Origin: Candidatus Woesearchaeota archaeon
GTDB lineage: Archaea; Nanobdellota; Nanobdellia; SCGC-AAA011-G17; UBA489
DNA length: 34,597 nt
Assembly: GCA_964508385.1 (NCBI GenBank)
Contig: CAZDTM010000001.1
Span: 2,709 to 37,305 of the forward strand
Reading direction: 5' to 3'
Part shown: in pieces, positions 25,735 to 34,334 of the stretch
How positions within the stretch are numbered: position 1 is the stretch's first letter
Layout of the letters: each line of letters opens with the position of its first letter
Program-made: the position numbers and the translations under genes
Notes under the pieces: generated by a model
Database searches by the model: none
Told to the model about the DNA's origin: nothing
What the model saw: only the letters and a program-made list of their open reading frames with translations

Positions 25735-25752
25735 TATTTAAATCTATTTAAA
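25735..25752 (-). promoter_or_regulatory. two tandem TTTAAATA boxes upstream of tbp
   Basis: The minus strand reads TTTAAATAGATTTAAATA. Identical octamers lie at 25735-25742 and 25745-25752, 34 and 44 nt upstream of the ATG at 25701. Confidence 0.45.
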
Positions 25753-25800
25753 GAGTGAGTTCACTACCAAGTTGTAAAGCTTTTCGTAGGGGAAAAGAGG

Positions 25801-26781
25801 CTATTCTTCCTTTTGCAGAAACCACGGCGTCAGCTCCACTTTCTTGAGCATCCCGTTGGATTCGTAGTTGAGGACATTTTTTCTCTTCAGTGTTTCCAGA
25901 ATGCGGGCAAGAGAGGTTTTTGGGATGTGGGTTGCGTGCCGTATTCGTGCTTGCGTGGACTTTCCTTCATTTTCCAGGAGGTATTCAACAACCTGCCGTT
26001 CGCGTTCGTTCAGTGTTTGCAAGATCGTTGATATCCTGCTGGTCATTGCTTTGTCACGCTCTTGTTCCCCCCTCCCTGTTCCTGCCTTTGCTGGAGAGCG
26101 GGACCGAGCTCTTTTGAGAACAAACCACATTCCGGCCATCATGCCTGCCAATACTACAAGAATGGCGGCGAGTGAAAAACTGTCACGAAGTTTGATCTTC
26201 ACACGAGCTGTTTCTCCTTGCTGAACCTGTATGGTTTTTGATCCTGCTTTACTCTCCTTTTCCGCATGAACTGTGCAGGTTCCTACTGGAAGCAGAGAGG
26301 TAAATGAGCCGTACTTGTCTGTTTGGTCTCCATACTCGATGCCATACTCTTTTTCACACTGGATGGATACTCTTGCGTGGGGAACGCGGTTCTCTAGACT
26401 GTCGACAACAACAAGATCAAGCGTCGAGACTGGCAGGAGGTATACTGTTTCCGTGGTGTTGAGATCTTTGCTTTCAAGGCGCAAAAAAAAGTCTTTTCCT
26501 TCAGTGGACGGAACATCAACAGTGATGCTGAGGTCTGTGTCGTGAGGAAGCACCAAGATGATCTCGTTATCCGCTGCATACTCTGTGATGGTAAGTATCT
26601 TGTTTGTTGATTTGTCGAGTATCCTTGTAGAGACGATGACTTCGTCAAGAGGCTTCTTTTCAAATGCATCAAAAAGAAGCAGCTTTACTTCTTTCTCTTG
26701 GTCTATCGAAAAAACTGAAGAGGCATATGCGAAGATCATGCCTACGAATATTATCCAGCATATCGTTCCTTTGTGTGCCAT
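25801..26781 (-). CDS. membrane-anchored transcriptional regulator (extracellular beta domain, TM segment, cytoplasmic wHTH)
   Basis: 326 aa. N-terminal signal/anchor ICWIIFVGMIFAYASSVFS. CarboxypepD_reg-like stretch (ARVSIQCEKE..TDKYGSFTSLLPVGTCTVHAEK). TM segment LAAILVVLAGMMAGMWFVL. MarR/ArsR-like wHTH (ERERQVVEYLLENEGKSTQARIRHATHIPKTSLARILETLKRKNVL). Confidence 0.65.
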   Translation of the reverse strand: MAHKGTICWIIFVGMIFAYASSVFSIDQEKEVKLLLFDAFEKKPLDEVIVSTRILDKSTNKILTITEYAADNEIILVLPHDTDLSITVDVPSTEGKDFFLRLESKDLNTTETVYLLPVSTLDLVVVDSLENRVPHARVSIQCEKEYGIEYGDQTDKYGSFTSLLPVGTCTVHAEKESKAGSKTIQVQQGETARVKIKLRDSFSLAAILVVLAGMMAGMWFVLKRARSRSPAKAGTGRGEQERDKAMTSRISTILQTLNERERQVVEYLLENEGKSTQARIRHATHIPKTSLARILETLKRKNVLNYESNGMLKKVELTPWFLQKEE

Positions 26782-26857
26782 GTTCTCTTCTCTCGTTTGT
26801 CTCTGCCTTCTTATGTTTTTCTCTCAGAAGAGTTGTACGAACCCCAAAAGAAGGGGG

Positions 26858-28324
26858 CTAGCTAAAAATAGCTAGCACGATGTTTTTAAGCTGTGTGAAG
26901 AGACCTGGTTTTGCGCATGATCCATCCGGAGCAAAGTTGGACAGGCATTCCCAGTAGTTGTCCGCTGGCTGACCGCCTTCTTTCTGCGCTTCCACCTTCG
27001 TGTGGATGGTGCAATAGGAGGGGGTGCCATCAACAGAGAATCTTGTTCCGATGGGAACACAGGTGTCCCTGCCATTTCTCACCAGACAACTATCCTGACC
27101 GCATCCTTCTATCGATTCTTGCGGAATCGGCGCTTCAAGTACTGTTCCCGGTTGATCTGCGTATTCGTAATACCCATATCCACCCTGGCAAGTTACCTTA
27201 CATTGCTGACGAAGCGCGTCGCATCTTCTGTGCTGTTCTGATAACGTTTCATCAGACTTTGTTTCATCAGACTTTTCAGGAAACCTTTCTTCGTTGATTC
27301 CTTCGAAGCAGGCTTTGTACATTTTAGTGCACTCTTCGCATTCTCGATTTAAGCGATGACTTGGGTCGCCCTTTCTTGCTGTTGGGTCTTGTGGCTGCGG
27401 GCAGGGCGGTATTCTACCAGATCTGAGCCAAATCTTTACCGTGTCACGTGGTGCTCGTTCTTGTTGTAGATCATTGATGAAGCTAATGCTTTCAATGGCA
27501 ATGTTTGTTCCATCACTCAATGTTTGCGTAGATGACACTGGGTCTCTATCGCCTTCCCTGAAAGGAATTAAAAAACGACCATATGCCAACTGCCTTGCAC
27601 TTTCACCATTCACGTTGAAAGTTGCTGTTGGTGGAGAAGTATTTTCGATTGATACTACTTCAACGTCATAGCTCTTTCCTTCCAGCAACAAAGTTCTTTT
27701 TTCTCCCTCTGCGAGCACTGCCATTGTTCTTGGAGGCTCTGGACAGGCTCGGGTTTCGATGTACACTTGACTGTCCGTCCTTATTGGCGGCTGCACTTCT
27801 GGAGGGTAGAGAACTTGCGTTGTTGGTTGCGGCATTGAATTGTCTGGATTCTTCATATAAAATGTTGTTCCAACGTAGTTATTTGCTTCTGACGTTTCTT
27901 TCACTTGGTTGTTGTGGTCAATGATAAACACAGTGATAAAAGAGCCGGTGTGGTACATTGTGTCATCTTTGTAACTTGGGTTGAATTTCACCAGTATCTC
28001 TTGCTCGGACTGCGGAGGAAGATCGATTCTTCCAGTAAAGTACGCAGTTGATCCTGCTCCTGTTGGATAACCGTTGTTGTAAAAGATCCAGTCCACATTC
28101 CTGAGATAGACGTTTCCAGAGTTTCTCACGCGAGCCTTGAGCTCTGCAGTTTCTCCGTTTTCATAGAAAGTTTTGCTTGACTCGACGCGGGTAAAGTAGA
28201 GATCACCATTGTAGTTTTCTACTGGCTTCACGCTGACATCAATCTCCTCTGGTTGAGCAGCAGTGAAAGGGATCATGCTCATGGCAATCAGGATAAGCAT
28301 GAAATAGGATACATTTGTTGTCAT
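26858..28324 (-). CDS. secreted Cys-rich protein with an N-terminal CARDB-like domain
   Basis: The start was chosen at Met113 of the track ORF, with GGAGG 8 nt upstream. The alternative is ATG 28366. Signal peptide MTTNVSYFMLILIAMSMIPFTAAQ. The C-terminal half carries many Cys (ECEECTKMYKAC, CDALRQQCKVTC, ...). Confidence 0.6.
   Translation of the reverse strand: MTTNVSYFMLILIAMSMIPFTAAQPEEIDVSVKPVENYNGDLYFTRVESSKTFYENGETAELKARVRNSGNVYLRNVDWIFYNNGYPTGAGSTAYFTGRIDLPPQSEQEILVKFNPSYKDDTMYHTGSFITVFIIDHNNQVKETSEANNYVGTTFYMKNPDNSMPQPTTQVLYPPEVQPPIRTDSQVYIETRACPEPPRTMAVLAEGEKRTLLLEGKSYDVEVVSIENTSPPTATFNVNGESARQLAYGRFLIPFREGDRDPVSSTQTLSDGTNIAIESISFINDLQQERAPRDTVKIWLRSGRIPPCPQPQDPTARKGDPSHRLNRECEECTKMYKACFEGINEERFPEKSDETKSDETLSEQHRRCDALRQQCKVTCQGGYGYYEYADQPGTVLEAPIPQESIEGCGQDSCLVRNGRDTCVPIGTRFSVDGTPSYCTIHTKVEAQKEGGQPADNYWECLSNFAPDGSCAKPGLFTQLKNIVLAIFS
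27246..27275. repeat. perfect 15-nt tandem duplication inside the CDS
   Basis: GTTTCATCAGACTTT occurs twice in tandem and encodes the duplicated KSDET pentapeptide. Confidence 0.9.
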
Positions 28325-28390
28325 CTTTCTTCCTCCACGATAGTGCTTGCGCACTTTTTTGATCATCTTGCGCTGTAGAGAAGTGCAGCA

Positions 28391-28398
28391 ATATATAT
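28391..28398 (-). promoter_or_regulatory. candidate TATA box for the secreted Cys-rich protein gene
   Basis: The minus strand reads CATATATATT, about 25 nt upstream of ATG 28366 and about 70 nt upstream of ATG 28324. Confidence 0.35.
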
Positions 28399-28473
28399 GC
28401 CTTGGGAGGGAACCACCACAAAAAGAAGGCCTTTTCTCTGGTTTTGTCATCCAAAACAACAATTTACGTGGCC

Positions 28474-28497
28474 AAAAATAAAAAAGAGAACAAAAAA
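28474..28497 (-). terminator. oligo-T tract downstream of ileS
   Basis: The minus strand reads GCTTTTTTGTTCTCTTTTTTATTTTTGG, starting about 30 nt after the ileS stop. Confidence 0.4.
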
Positions 28498-28529
28498 GCT
28501 TTTTCTCGTTGAATAGCAGAAAAAATAGC

Positions 28530-31376
28530 TTATGCTTTCCCCATATGCACGTCAAAACTTTTGTCTCTGATTTTTTCAGTGGAGTGAACTGCATACGCTT
28601 TTGCTGGCGCCCCAAAGAGAAGCTCCTTCGCGCCAACTTTTGTTTGAAGGTGCTTCGCAAACATTTTGAGCGGATGTGCGCCGTCGATAGCGAGCAGAAT
28701 CTTATCCTCTTTGTTCAGCCCCTGTTTTTTTCTGAGGTCTTGAATTCTTCTGGCCAGTTCCCGAGCAAATCCCTCAGCTTCAAGTTCTGGTGTTTGGGCC
28801 GTATCTAAGACAATTTCCGTTTCCCCTTCTTTCTTTTTGATAATCTGAATTTTTTTGACGTTGGTTTGGCGGAGAACAAGCTCGTTTAATTCATTTAGAG
28901 CGTTAATGACTTCTTGTTGAGATGTTGAGACCGTGACTTTTCCCAGAGGCCAGCGTATACCTATTTTCTCTTTCTCTCTCTGGGAAAGCATTTCTTGAAT
29001 GACTACTTTGGCATGTCCAACCTTCTCTTCAAGTTTCTTGTTGATCTTCTTCTCCTCTGCTTGAGGCCATGCGTACAGATGAATTGACTCTTCTGGCAGC
29101 TTGAATGGCTTGCGCAGATCTTGGTAGATAGCCTCTGCGATGAACGGGCAAACAATGGAAAATGCTTTCAACGTTTCAAAGAACACCTTGAAGATTGTTG
29201 TCGCCACTTTTTCCGGTTCTTCATTGATCTTTTCCCGCGTATATTGAATGTAAGAACGACTCAACTCCAAAAATATCTCTTCGAGAAAAATTGGGACCTC
29301 ATTTAGCTTTAGGTCGTTCATGCACTCTGTTGCTTTTTTGAGGCGTGTGTGAGCATACGAAAAGATGTATTGCTCTTCTGCATCGAGCGCTGTTCGCTGT
29401 TTCACATACGGCGCGTACAACAACAGCAAGCGAGAGATATTCCAGACAATGCCGAGGTTCCGATATTTTAACTTCATGTCCTCAAAGTTGTAGTTTAAAT
29501 CAACCCCTGGATTCGCAGCGCCGAGCACATAGTAACGCAACGTATCTGCGCCATATTTTTCTATAACCTCTTCCGGCAGTATAAAGTTCCCAAGAGATTT
29601 CGACATCTTCCTGCCAAGAGCATCGTTTATGAAGCCGTGCATATAGGCGGCCTTGAAAGAGGGGATTCCAAACAACACCTTAGAGGTGACCATTAGCAGG
29701 TTAAACCACCCGCGAATTTGGTCTATCCCTTCGATGATGACGTCTGCAGGATAAAACTTTTTCATGAGGTCTTCCCGTTGGGGATAATCCAGAGCGTTCC
29801 ATGCTGCGCATCCTGCATCGACCCACACATCAATCACGTCCGGCAACCGTTTCATTGGATACTTGCACTCTTTGCAGGGGAACGTGACCTCATCAATCCA
29901 TGGCTTGTGAAGATTCCTCACGCTGCATTTTGCACGTTGCTCAAGCTCTTTTACTGAGCCGAATATCTCTGTAGAGGTGCAATCTGTGCAACGCCAGATG
30001 GGAAGTGGTGTTCCCCAGTAACGTTGCTTGGTGATGGAGTTATCGCGCAGATTAGAAAGCCATGACTGAAACGCGTTGAACGCCGCATCTGGAACCCACT
30101 GGATCTTTGTGTTGTCTTTGAGTATTTTATCTTTTAGGTCCTCCACTTTCAAGAACCACTGGCGTGTTGTTTTATAGATGATTGGACTGTGGCAGCGCTG
30201 GCAGTGCGCATACTCGTGTGAGACGTTCTCCTCTTTAACAAGAGCTCCTTTTTCCTTGAGAATTTCGATGATCTGTTTGTCGTCTGTTTTTGCCTTAAGA
30301 TCCTTGAGTGGGCCCATGTCGTGGGGAAATATTCCGTACTCATCAAGCGTATTGAAGATGGGCAGCTTATAACGCGTGCCTACCTCGTAGTCCTCTGGGC
30401 CGCAACCGGGGGCGCAATGCACCAGCCCTGAACCAGTGGTAATATCTACATGGTCTTTTGAGATAACAATGTAATGAAGACGCGTTGTCTTCTGCAACTC
30501 TTTGTATTGTGGAAGAATGTCTTGGAATGGGTGCTCATATGCGACATCTGCAAGCTCTTGGCCCAATACTCTTTTTGTGATGACCAGTTTTTCGTTTGCA
30601 GTGCCCTCGACGACGTGCTTTGCCAATGATTCAGCGACAATCCATACTTCGCCGCCGACCTTGGCCTTCACATAGGTTACCTCTGGGTTCACCATGACTG
30701 CCATGTTGAAGGGTATTGTCCATGGCGTTGTTGTCCAAACAATAAGATACTCGTTGTTGCTTCCTTTTACCTTAAACTTGAGGTAGATGGAGTTGTCGGT
30801 TACTGTTTCATACTCCAACTCATGTTTTGCCAACGCAGTTGCGCATGAAGCACACCACGACATGGACCTGTTTCCCTCATACAGCCTTTCTTTTTTGTGC
30901 GCTTCTTTGATAAAAAACCATACGCCTTCTATAAAATCTTTTTTAACTGGCTGATACGCATTATCAAAATCAAGCCACACGCCTAAACGCCTGAAGTCCT
31001 TGTTCATTTGGTGCATATTATCAACTGAAAACTTTTCACATTCCTGAACAAACCTCGCCACGCCGAAACGCGCAATGTCTTCTTTCGTTTTAAGCGAGAA
31101 CTTCTTTTCCACCTTATGTTCGGTAGGCAAACCGTGCATATCATATCCGGCCCTGTCCCACACATCGAAACCGCTCATGCGTTTGAAACGAACAGTCATG
31201 TCCTTCAGCGCCTTATTCCACGCTGTGCCGATGTGAACGCGGCCCGATGTGTACGGCGGGCCATCCAAAAAGTAGAACTTCTTTTTTCCTTTGTTGAGGG
31301 CTCTTGTTTTAGGGTAAATCTTCTTGTCTTCCCACAAATTCAGGGCGTCTTCTTCAACTTTCTTAAAATCGTACAT
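28530..31376 (-). CDS. ileS: isoleucyl-tRNA synthetase (short, 948 aa)
   Basis: HIGH-region PPYTSGRVHIGTAWNK and KMSKS motif (GRKMSKSLGN). Editing-domain TTTPWTIPFN. WCASCATALAKHELEY. Confidence 0.88.
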   Translation of the reverse strand: MYDFKKVEEDALNLWEDKKIYPKTRALNKGKKKFYFLDGPPYTSGRVHIGTAWNKALKDMTVRFKRMSGFDVWDRAGYDMHGLPTEHKVEKKFSLKTKEDIARFGVARFVQECEKFSVDNMHQMNKDFRRLGVWLDFDNAYQPVKKDFIEGVWFFIKEAHKKERLYEGNRSMSWCASCATALAKHELEYETVTDNSIYLKFKVKGSNNEYLIVWTTTPWTIPFNMAVMVNPEVTYVKAKVGGEVWIVAESLAKHVVEGTANEKLVITKRVLGQELADVAYEHPFQDILPQYKELQKTTRLHYIVISKDHVDITTGSGLVHCAPGCGPEDYEVGTRYKLPIFNTLDEYGIFPHDMGPLKDLKAKTDDKQIIEILKEKGALVKEENVSHEYAHCQRCHSPIIYKTTRQWFLKVEDLKDKILKDNTKIQWVPDAAFNAFQSWLSNLRDNSITKQRYWGTPLPIWRCTDCTSTEIFGSVKELEQRAKCSVRNLHKPWIDEVTFPCKECKYPMKRLPDVIDVWVDAGCAAWNALDYPQREDLMKKFYPADVIIEGIDQIRGWFNLLMVTSKVLFGIPSFKAAYMHGFINDALGRKMSKSLGNFILPEEVIEKYGADTLRYYVLGAANPGVDLNYNFEDMKLKYRNLGIVWNISRLLLLYAPYVKQRTALDAEEQYIFSYAHTRLKKATECMNDLKLNEVPIFLEEIFLELSRSYIQYTREKINEEPEKVATTIFKVFFETLKAFSIVCPFIAEAIYQDLRKPFKLPEESIHLYAWPQAEEKKINKKLEEKVGHAKVVIQEMLSQREKEKIGIRWPLGKVTVSTSQQEVINALNELNELVLRQTNVKKIQIIKKKEGETEIVLDTAQTPELEAEGFARELARRIQDLRKKQGLNKEDKILLAIDGAHPLKMFAKHLQTKVGAKELLFGAPAKAYAVHSTEKIRDKSFDVHMGKA

Positions 31377-31401
31377 TCTTCCCTCATTTCTCCGGCCATA
31401 C

Positions 31402-31409
31402 TTTAAATA
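31402..31409 (-). promoter_or_regulatory. candidate TATA box for ileS (divergent spacer)
   Basis: TTTAAATA/TATTTAAA is centred about 29 nt from the ileS ATG at 31376. Confidence 0.35.
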
Positions 31410-31433
31410 TTTTCTTGATTTAGCCCATAAAAG

Positions 31434-31441
31434 TTTATAAA
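31434..31441 (+). promoter_or_regulatory. candidate TATA box for the rfcS operon (leaderless spacing)
   Basis: TTTATAAA is centred about 27 nt upstream of the ATG at 31465. Confidence 0.4.
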
Positions 31442-31464
31442 GCTTCGCGGCTTTGTCTTGCAGA

Positions 31465-32430
31465 ATGACTGATCCTCAAGCACAAGAGCTCTGGACTGAG
31501 AAATACCGCCCAAAAAGCTTTGACGATGTTGTTGGGCAAAAGGAAATTCTTGCCCGCATTAAAGCATTCGTGAAGGGCGGGAATCTTCCGCACATTCTTT
31601 TTGCCGGGCCTGCTGGCGTTGGGAAAACAACGACTGCGCTGGTTATTGCGAAGGAACTTTTTGGCGAGACGTGGAGGGACAATTTTCTTGAGTTAAACGC
31701 GAGCGATGATCGCGGAATTGATACTATCCGAATCAAAGTGAAAGACTTTGCGCGAACCAAGGCGATGGGCACTACCCTCCCGCGCGTTATCTACCTCGAT
31801 GAATGCGACAGCCTGACACGAGAAGCGCAACAAGCATTGAGGCGGACCATGGAAACCTTTTCAGGAAATGCTCGATTTATTTTGTCGTGCAACTACTCAA
31901 GCAAGGTCATTGATCCTATTCAAAGCAGGTGTGCTGTCTTTCGTTTTAAGCCAGTTGGCGTTCAGGATTTAGAACGGGTAATAGACCACGTGAGCAAACA
32001 TGAAGAGCTTCACGTTTCCTCTGATGGGAAACAGGCCTTACTTGCTGTGAGCGAAGGAGATGTCAGACGCTTGGTCAATGTGATGCAGAGTTGCGCTTCC
32101 TTAAGCAAAAAACTTGATGAAAAGGTAGTGTATGATGTCGTAGCTGCGGCACGGCCGAAAGAAATCAAAGATGTGCTTCTTTTTGCGCATGAAGGCAGAT
32201 TTGTTGAGGCAAAGAAAAAACTTCTCGACGTCATGCTTCATCATGGTTTAAGTGGACTTGACGCCATCAAGCAGATTCAGCAAGAGGTTTGGAACCTCAG
32301 CATCCCCGACGCTCTCAAAGTCAAAATGGTTGGGCTTTGCGGAGAAATTGAGTTTCGCATGGTTGAAGGGAGCGACGAGTTTGTTCAGCTAGAAGCATTG
32401 CTGGCTGGATTTGTGGGGTTGAAGCCGTGA
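31465..32430 (+). CDS. rfcS: replication factor C small subunit
   Basis: WTEKYRP, Walker A GPAGVGKTT, Walker B IYLDECD, and an SRC motif (IQSRCAVFRF). The ATG at 31465 is preferred over the track's TTG at 31453. Confidence 0.9.
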   Translation: MTDPQAQELWTEKYRPKSFDDVVGQKEILARIKAFVKGGNLPHILFAGPAGVGKTTTALVIAKELFGETWRDNFLELNASDDRGIDTIRIKVKDFARTKAMGTTLPRVIYLDECDSLTREAQQALRRTMETFSGNARFILSCNYSSKVIDPIQSRCAVFRFKPVGVQDLERVIDHVSKHEELHVSSDGKQALLAVSEGDVRRLVNVMQSCASLSKKLDEKVVYDVVAAARPKEIKDVLLFAHEGRFVEAKKKLLDVMLHHGLSGLDAIKQIQQEVWNLSIPDALKVKMVGLCGEIEFRMVEGSDEFVQLEALLAGFVGLKP

Positions 32431-33596
32431 GACCCTGGACTGACATTTACGCGCCACAGACTATTTCTCAGGTTGTCGGCCATGACACTGAGCTACCGCA
32501 CTTAGCCGAGATGATCAAAAAGAAACGTCCCGTGTTGCTGTACGGCCCTGCCGGTGTGGGGAAAACTGCCGTTGTGCACGCTCTTGCTCATGAGCTAGGA
32601 TATGATGTTGTTGAGGTCAATGCTTCTGATGTCAGGAACGCTGATCATGTGCAACAGGTTGTTGGCGGAGCGTTGCAACAAGCGAGCTTGTTTGCCAGGG
32701 GTAGAATCATTCTTGTTGACGAGCTCGATGGTATTTCAGGCAACGAAGACCGAGGAGGCATCACGGCATTACAGCTGCTGCTGGATCAGGGCGGCCATGC
32801 TGTTGTGCTTGTCGCGAATGACCCGTGGGACACCCGGTTTTCTACGCTGCGAAAGAAGTGCGGCCTCATAGAGTTTAAGAAAGTACGGCCGGAGAGCATT
32901 GCAAAAGCGTTGTTTGCTATTTGTTCTCGCGAGGGAATTCATGCGTCTCTTGAAAATCTGAAGGAGCTGGGAAGACGATCTGGCGGGGATGTCCGGGCCG
33001 CCATTAATGATCTTCAAAGCCTTACTGCTGGAAAGAACATCCTGGCTAAAGAGGATCTTGGCTTGTTGGATGAACGTGATCAGGAGAAAAACATCTTTGA
33101 GGCGATGCGTATGGTCTTCAAGGGCACTGATGCTGGACCTGCTTTGAATGCTTTTGATAGCGTTGATCTTGAACCGAACGAGGTGCTGCTGTGGCTTGAA
33201 GAGAATCTTCCCTTTGAGTATCGGGGAACAGATCTTGCACGAGGATTTGACGCACTGAGCAGAAGCGATGTTTTCCAGGGCAGAATACGGAAACGGCAGT
33301 ACTGGCGTTTTTTGGAGTATGTACGGACGTACCTTATCGCAGGAGTAATGACTGCGAAAGAGAAGCCTTCCTATGGGTATACGCCGTATCGACGCTATCA
33401 GCGCCTTCTTACCATGTGGATGGCTAACCAGCGCAACTTCAAGAGAAAGGAAATTGCGCAGATTATCAAAAAAGAAGCGCATTGCTCAACACGGCGAGCA
33501 GTTCAGGAGTATATTCCTTACCTGCAGATCATGGCAAAACATAAAAAGACACCTTCTTTTCTTACGGAAGAGCAGACTGAATGGTTGAAGAAGTGA
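32427..33596 (+). CDS. rfcL: replication factor C large subunit (short, 389 aa)
   Basis: The GTG start overlaps the rfcS stop (GTGA). Has PWTDIYAP, Walker A GPAGVGKTA, VDELDG and GDVRAAINDLQ. Confidence 0.8.
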   Translation: MRPWTDIYAPQTISQVVGHDTELPHLAEMIKKKRPVLLYGPAGVGKTAVVHALAHELGYDVVEVNASDVRNADHVQQVVGGALQQASLFARGRIILVDELDGISGNEDRGGITALQLLLDQGGHAVVLVANDPWDTRFSTLRKKCGLIEFKKVRPESIAKALFAICSREGIHASLENLKELGRRSGGDVRAAINDLQSLTAGKNILAKEDLGLLDERDQEKNIFEAMRMVFKGTDAGPALNAFDSVDLEPNEVLLWLEENLPFEYRGTDLARGFDALSRSDVFQGRIRKRQYWRFLEYVRTYLIAGVMTAKEKPSYGYTPYRRYQRLLTMWMANQRNFKRKEIAQIIKKEAHCSTRRAVQEYIPYLQIMAKHKKTPSFLTEEQTEWLKK

Positions 33597-33603
33597 CTAC
33601 CGC

Positions 33604-34038
33604 GTGAAACTTTCTTTGGAACTCTGTTATGAACTGGTGCGCTCTGCCTTTGTGGGCATTCTCGGAACGATTGCTAATCTGATAACACTTTACTCCCTCG
33701 TTCACTTCTTAGGATGGTATTACCTCGTTGGTGCCATTCTTGCCTACATCATCAACTTTTTTGTCCTCTTTTTTGGAGACAAGCACTATACATTTAGGAA
33801 TACCGGCAACAATGTTGTGAGCCAGTTCTCACGATATGCGCGCGTTTATCTCTGGAGAACCTTTTTCAAGATACTTGCGCTCTACCTGCTGGTTGAGTTT
33901 ACTCACCTCAACTATCTTGTTGCTCAATTCATCGCTATGAGCGTCATTGGAACACTATCATATACAGCAGTGAAATTCTGGGTGTTCAACGATGAGCAAT
34001 CTTTAAAAAGGAGCGTTGCTGGCAGAAGAGGATTGTGA
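33604..34038 (+). CDS. GtrA-like family membrane protein
   Basis: 144 aa with 4 TM segments, a GTG start, and F.(V/I)G..G...N motifs typical of GtrA. Confidence 0.5.
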   Translation: MKLSLELCYELVRSAFVGILGTIANLITLYSLVHFLGWYYLVGAILAYIINFFVLFFGDKHYTFRNTGNNVVSQFSRYARVYLWRTFFKILALYLLVEFTHLNYLVAQFIAMSVIGTLSYTAVKFWVFNDEQSLKRSVAGRRGL

Positions 34039-34334
34039 AACTCGACGAGTTGCGTGCTGGACAGGGAAAAATTGACGTTGAAGCTGAAGTGATAGAGAAA
34101 GGAGAACCGCGCAGCTTCCAGAAGTTTGGCAAAGAAGGGAAAGTGTGCAATGCTACCCTGAAAGACGACAGCGGGACGATCAAACTTACCTTATGGAACG
34201 ATGAGGTTGACGCTGTCAAGGTTGGCGATAAAGTAAAAATAACTAACGGCTACGTTAGCGAGTTTCAGGGCGAGAAGCAGCTGAGTGCTGGTCGTTTTGG
34301 AAAGTTAGAAGTTGTGAACGGCAATAAATCTTAG
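34035..34334 (+). CDS. single-OB-fold ssDNA-binding protein (mini SSB/RPA-like)
   Basis: 99 aa. The GTG start overlaps the gtrA-like stop (GTGA). Core sequence IDVEAEVIEKGEPRSF...GKVCNATLKDDSGTIKLTLWNDEVD.VKVGDKVKITNGYVSEFQGEKQLS. Confidence 0.6.
   Translation: MKLDELRAGQGKIDVEAEVIEKGEPRSFQKFGKEGKVCNATLKDDSGTIKLTLWNDEVDAVKVGDKVKITNGYVSEFQGEKQLSAGRFGKLEVVNGNKS

Noticed and set aside
28325-28660. N-terminal 112-aa extension of the secreted Cys-rich protein ORF (track start 28660)
   Set aside because: It overlaps the ileS 3' end and crosses the oligo-T tract and the TATA-like box. A canonical signal peptide begins at the internal Met (28324, or possibly 28366).
31377-31464. Divergent AT-rich spacer between ileS and rfcS considered as a replication origin (strand switch, replication genes nearby)
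   Set aside because: It is only 88 bp, with no repeated ORB-like elements and no adjacent orc1/cdc6. The two TATA-like boxes at leaderless distance explain the AT-richness.
32769-33482. 237-aa minus-strand ORF inside rfcL
   Set aside because: It is fully antisense to a gene with clear RFC motifs. It has no recognisable motifs and is a shadow ORF.
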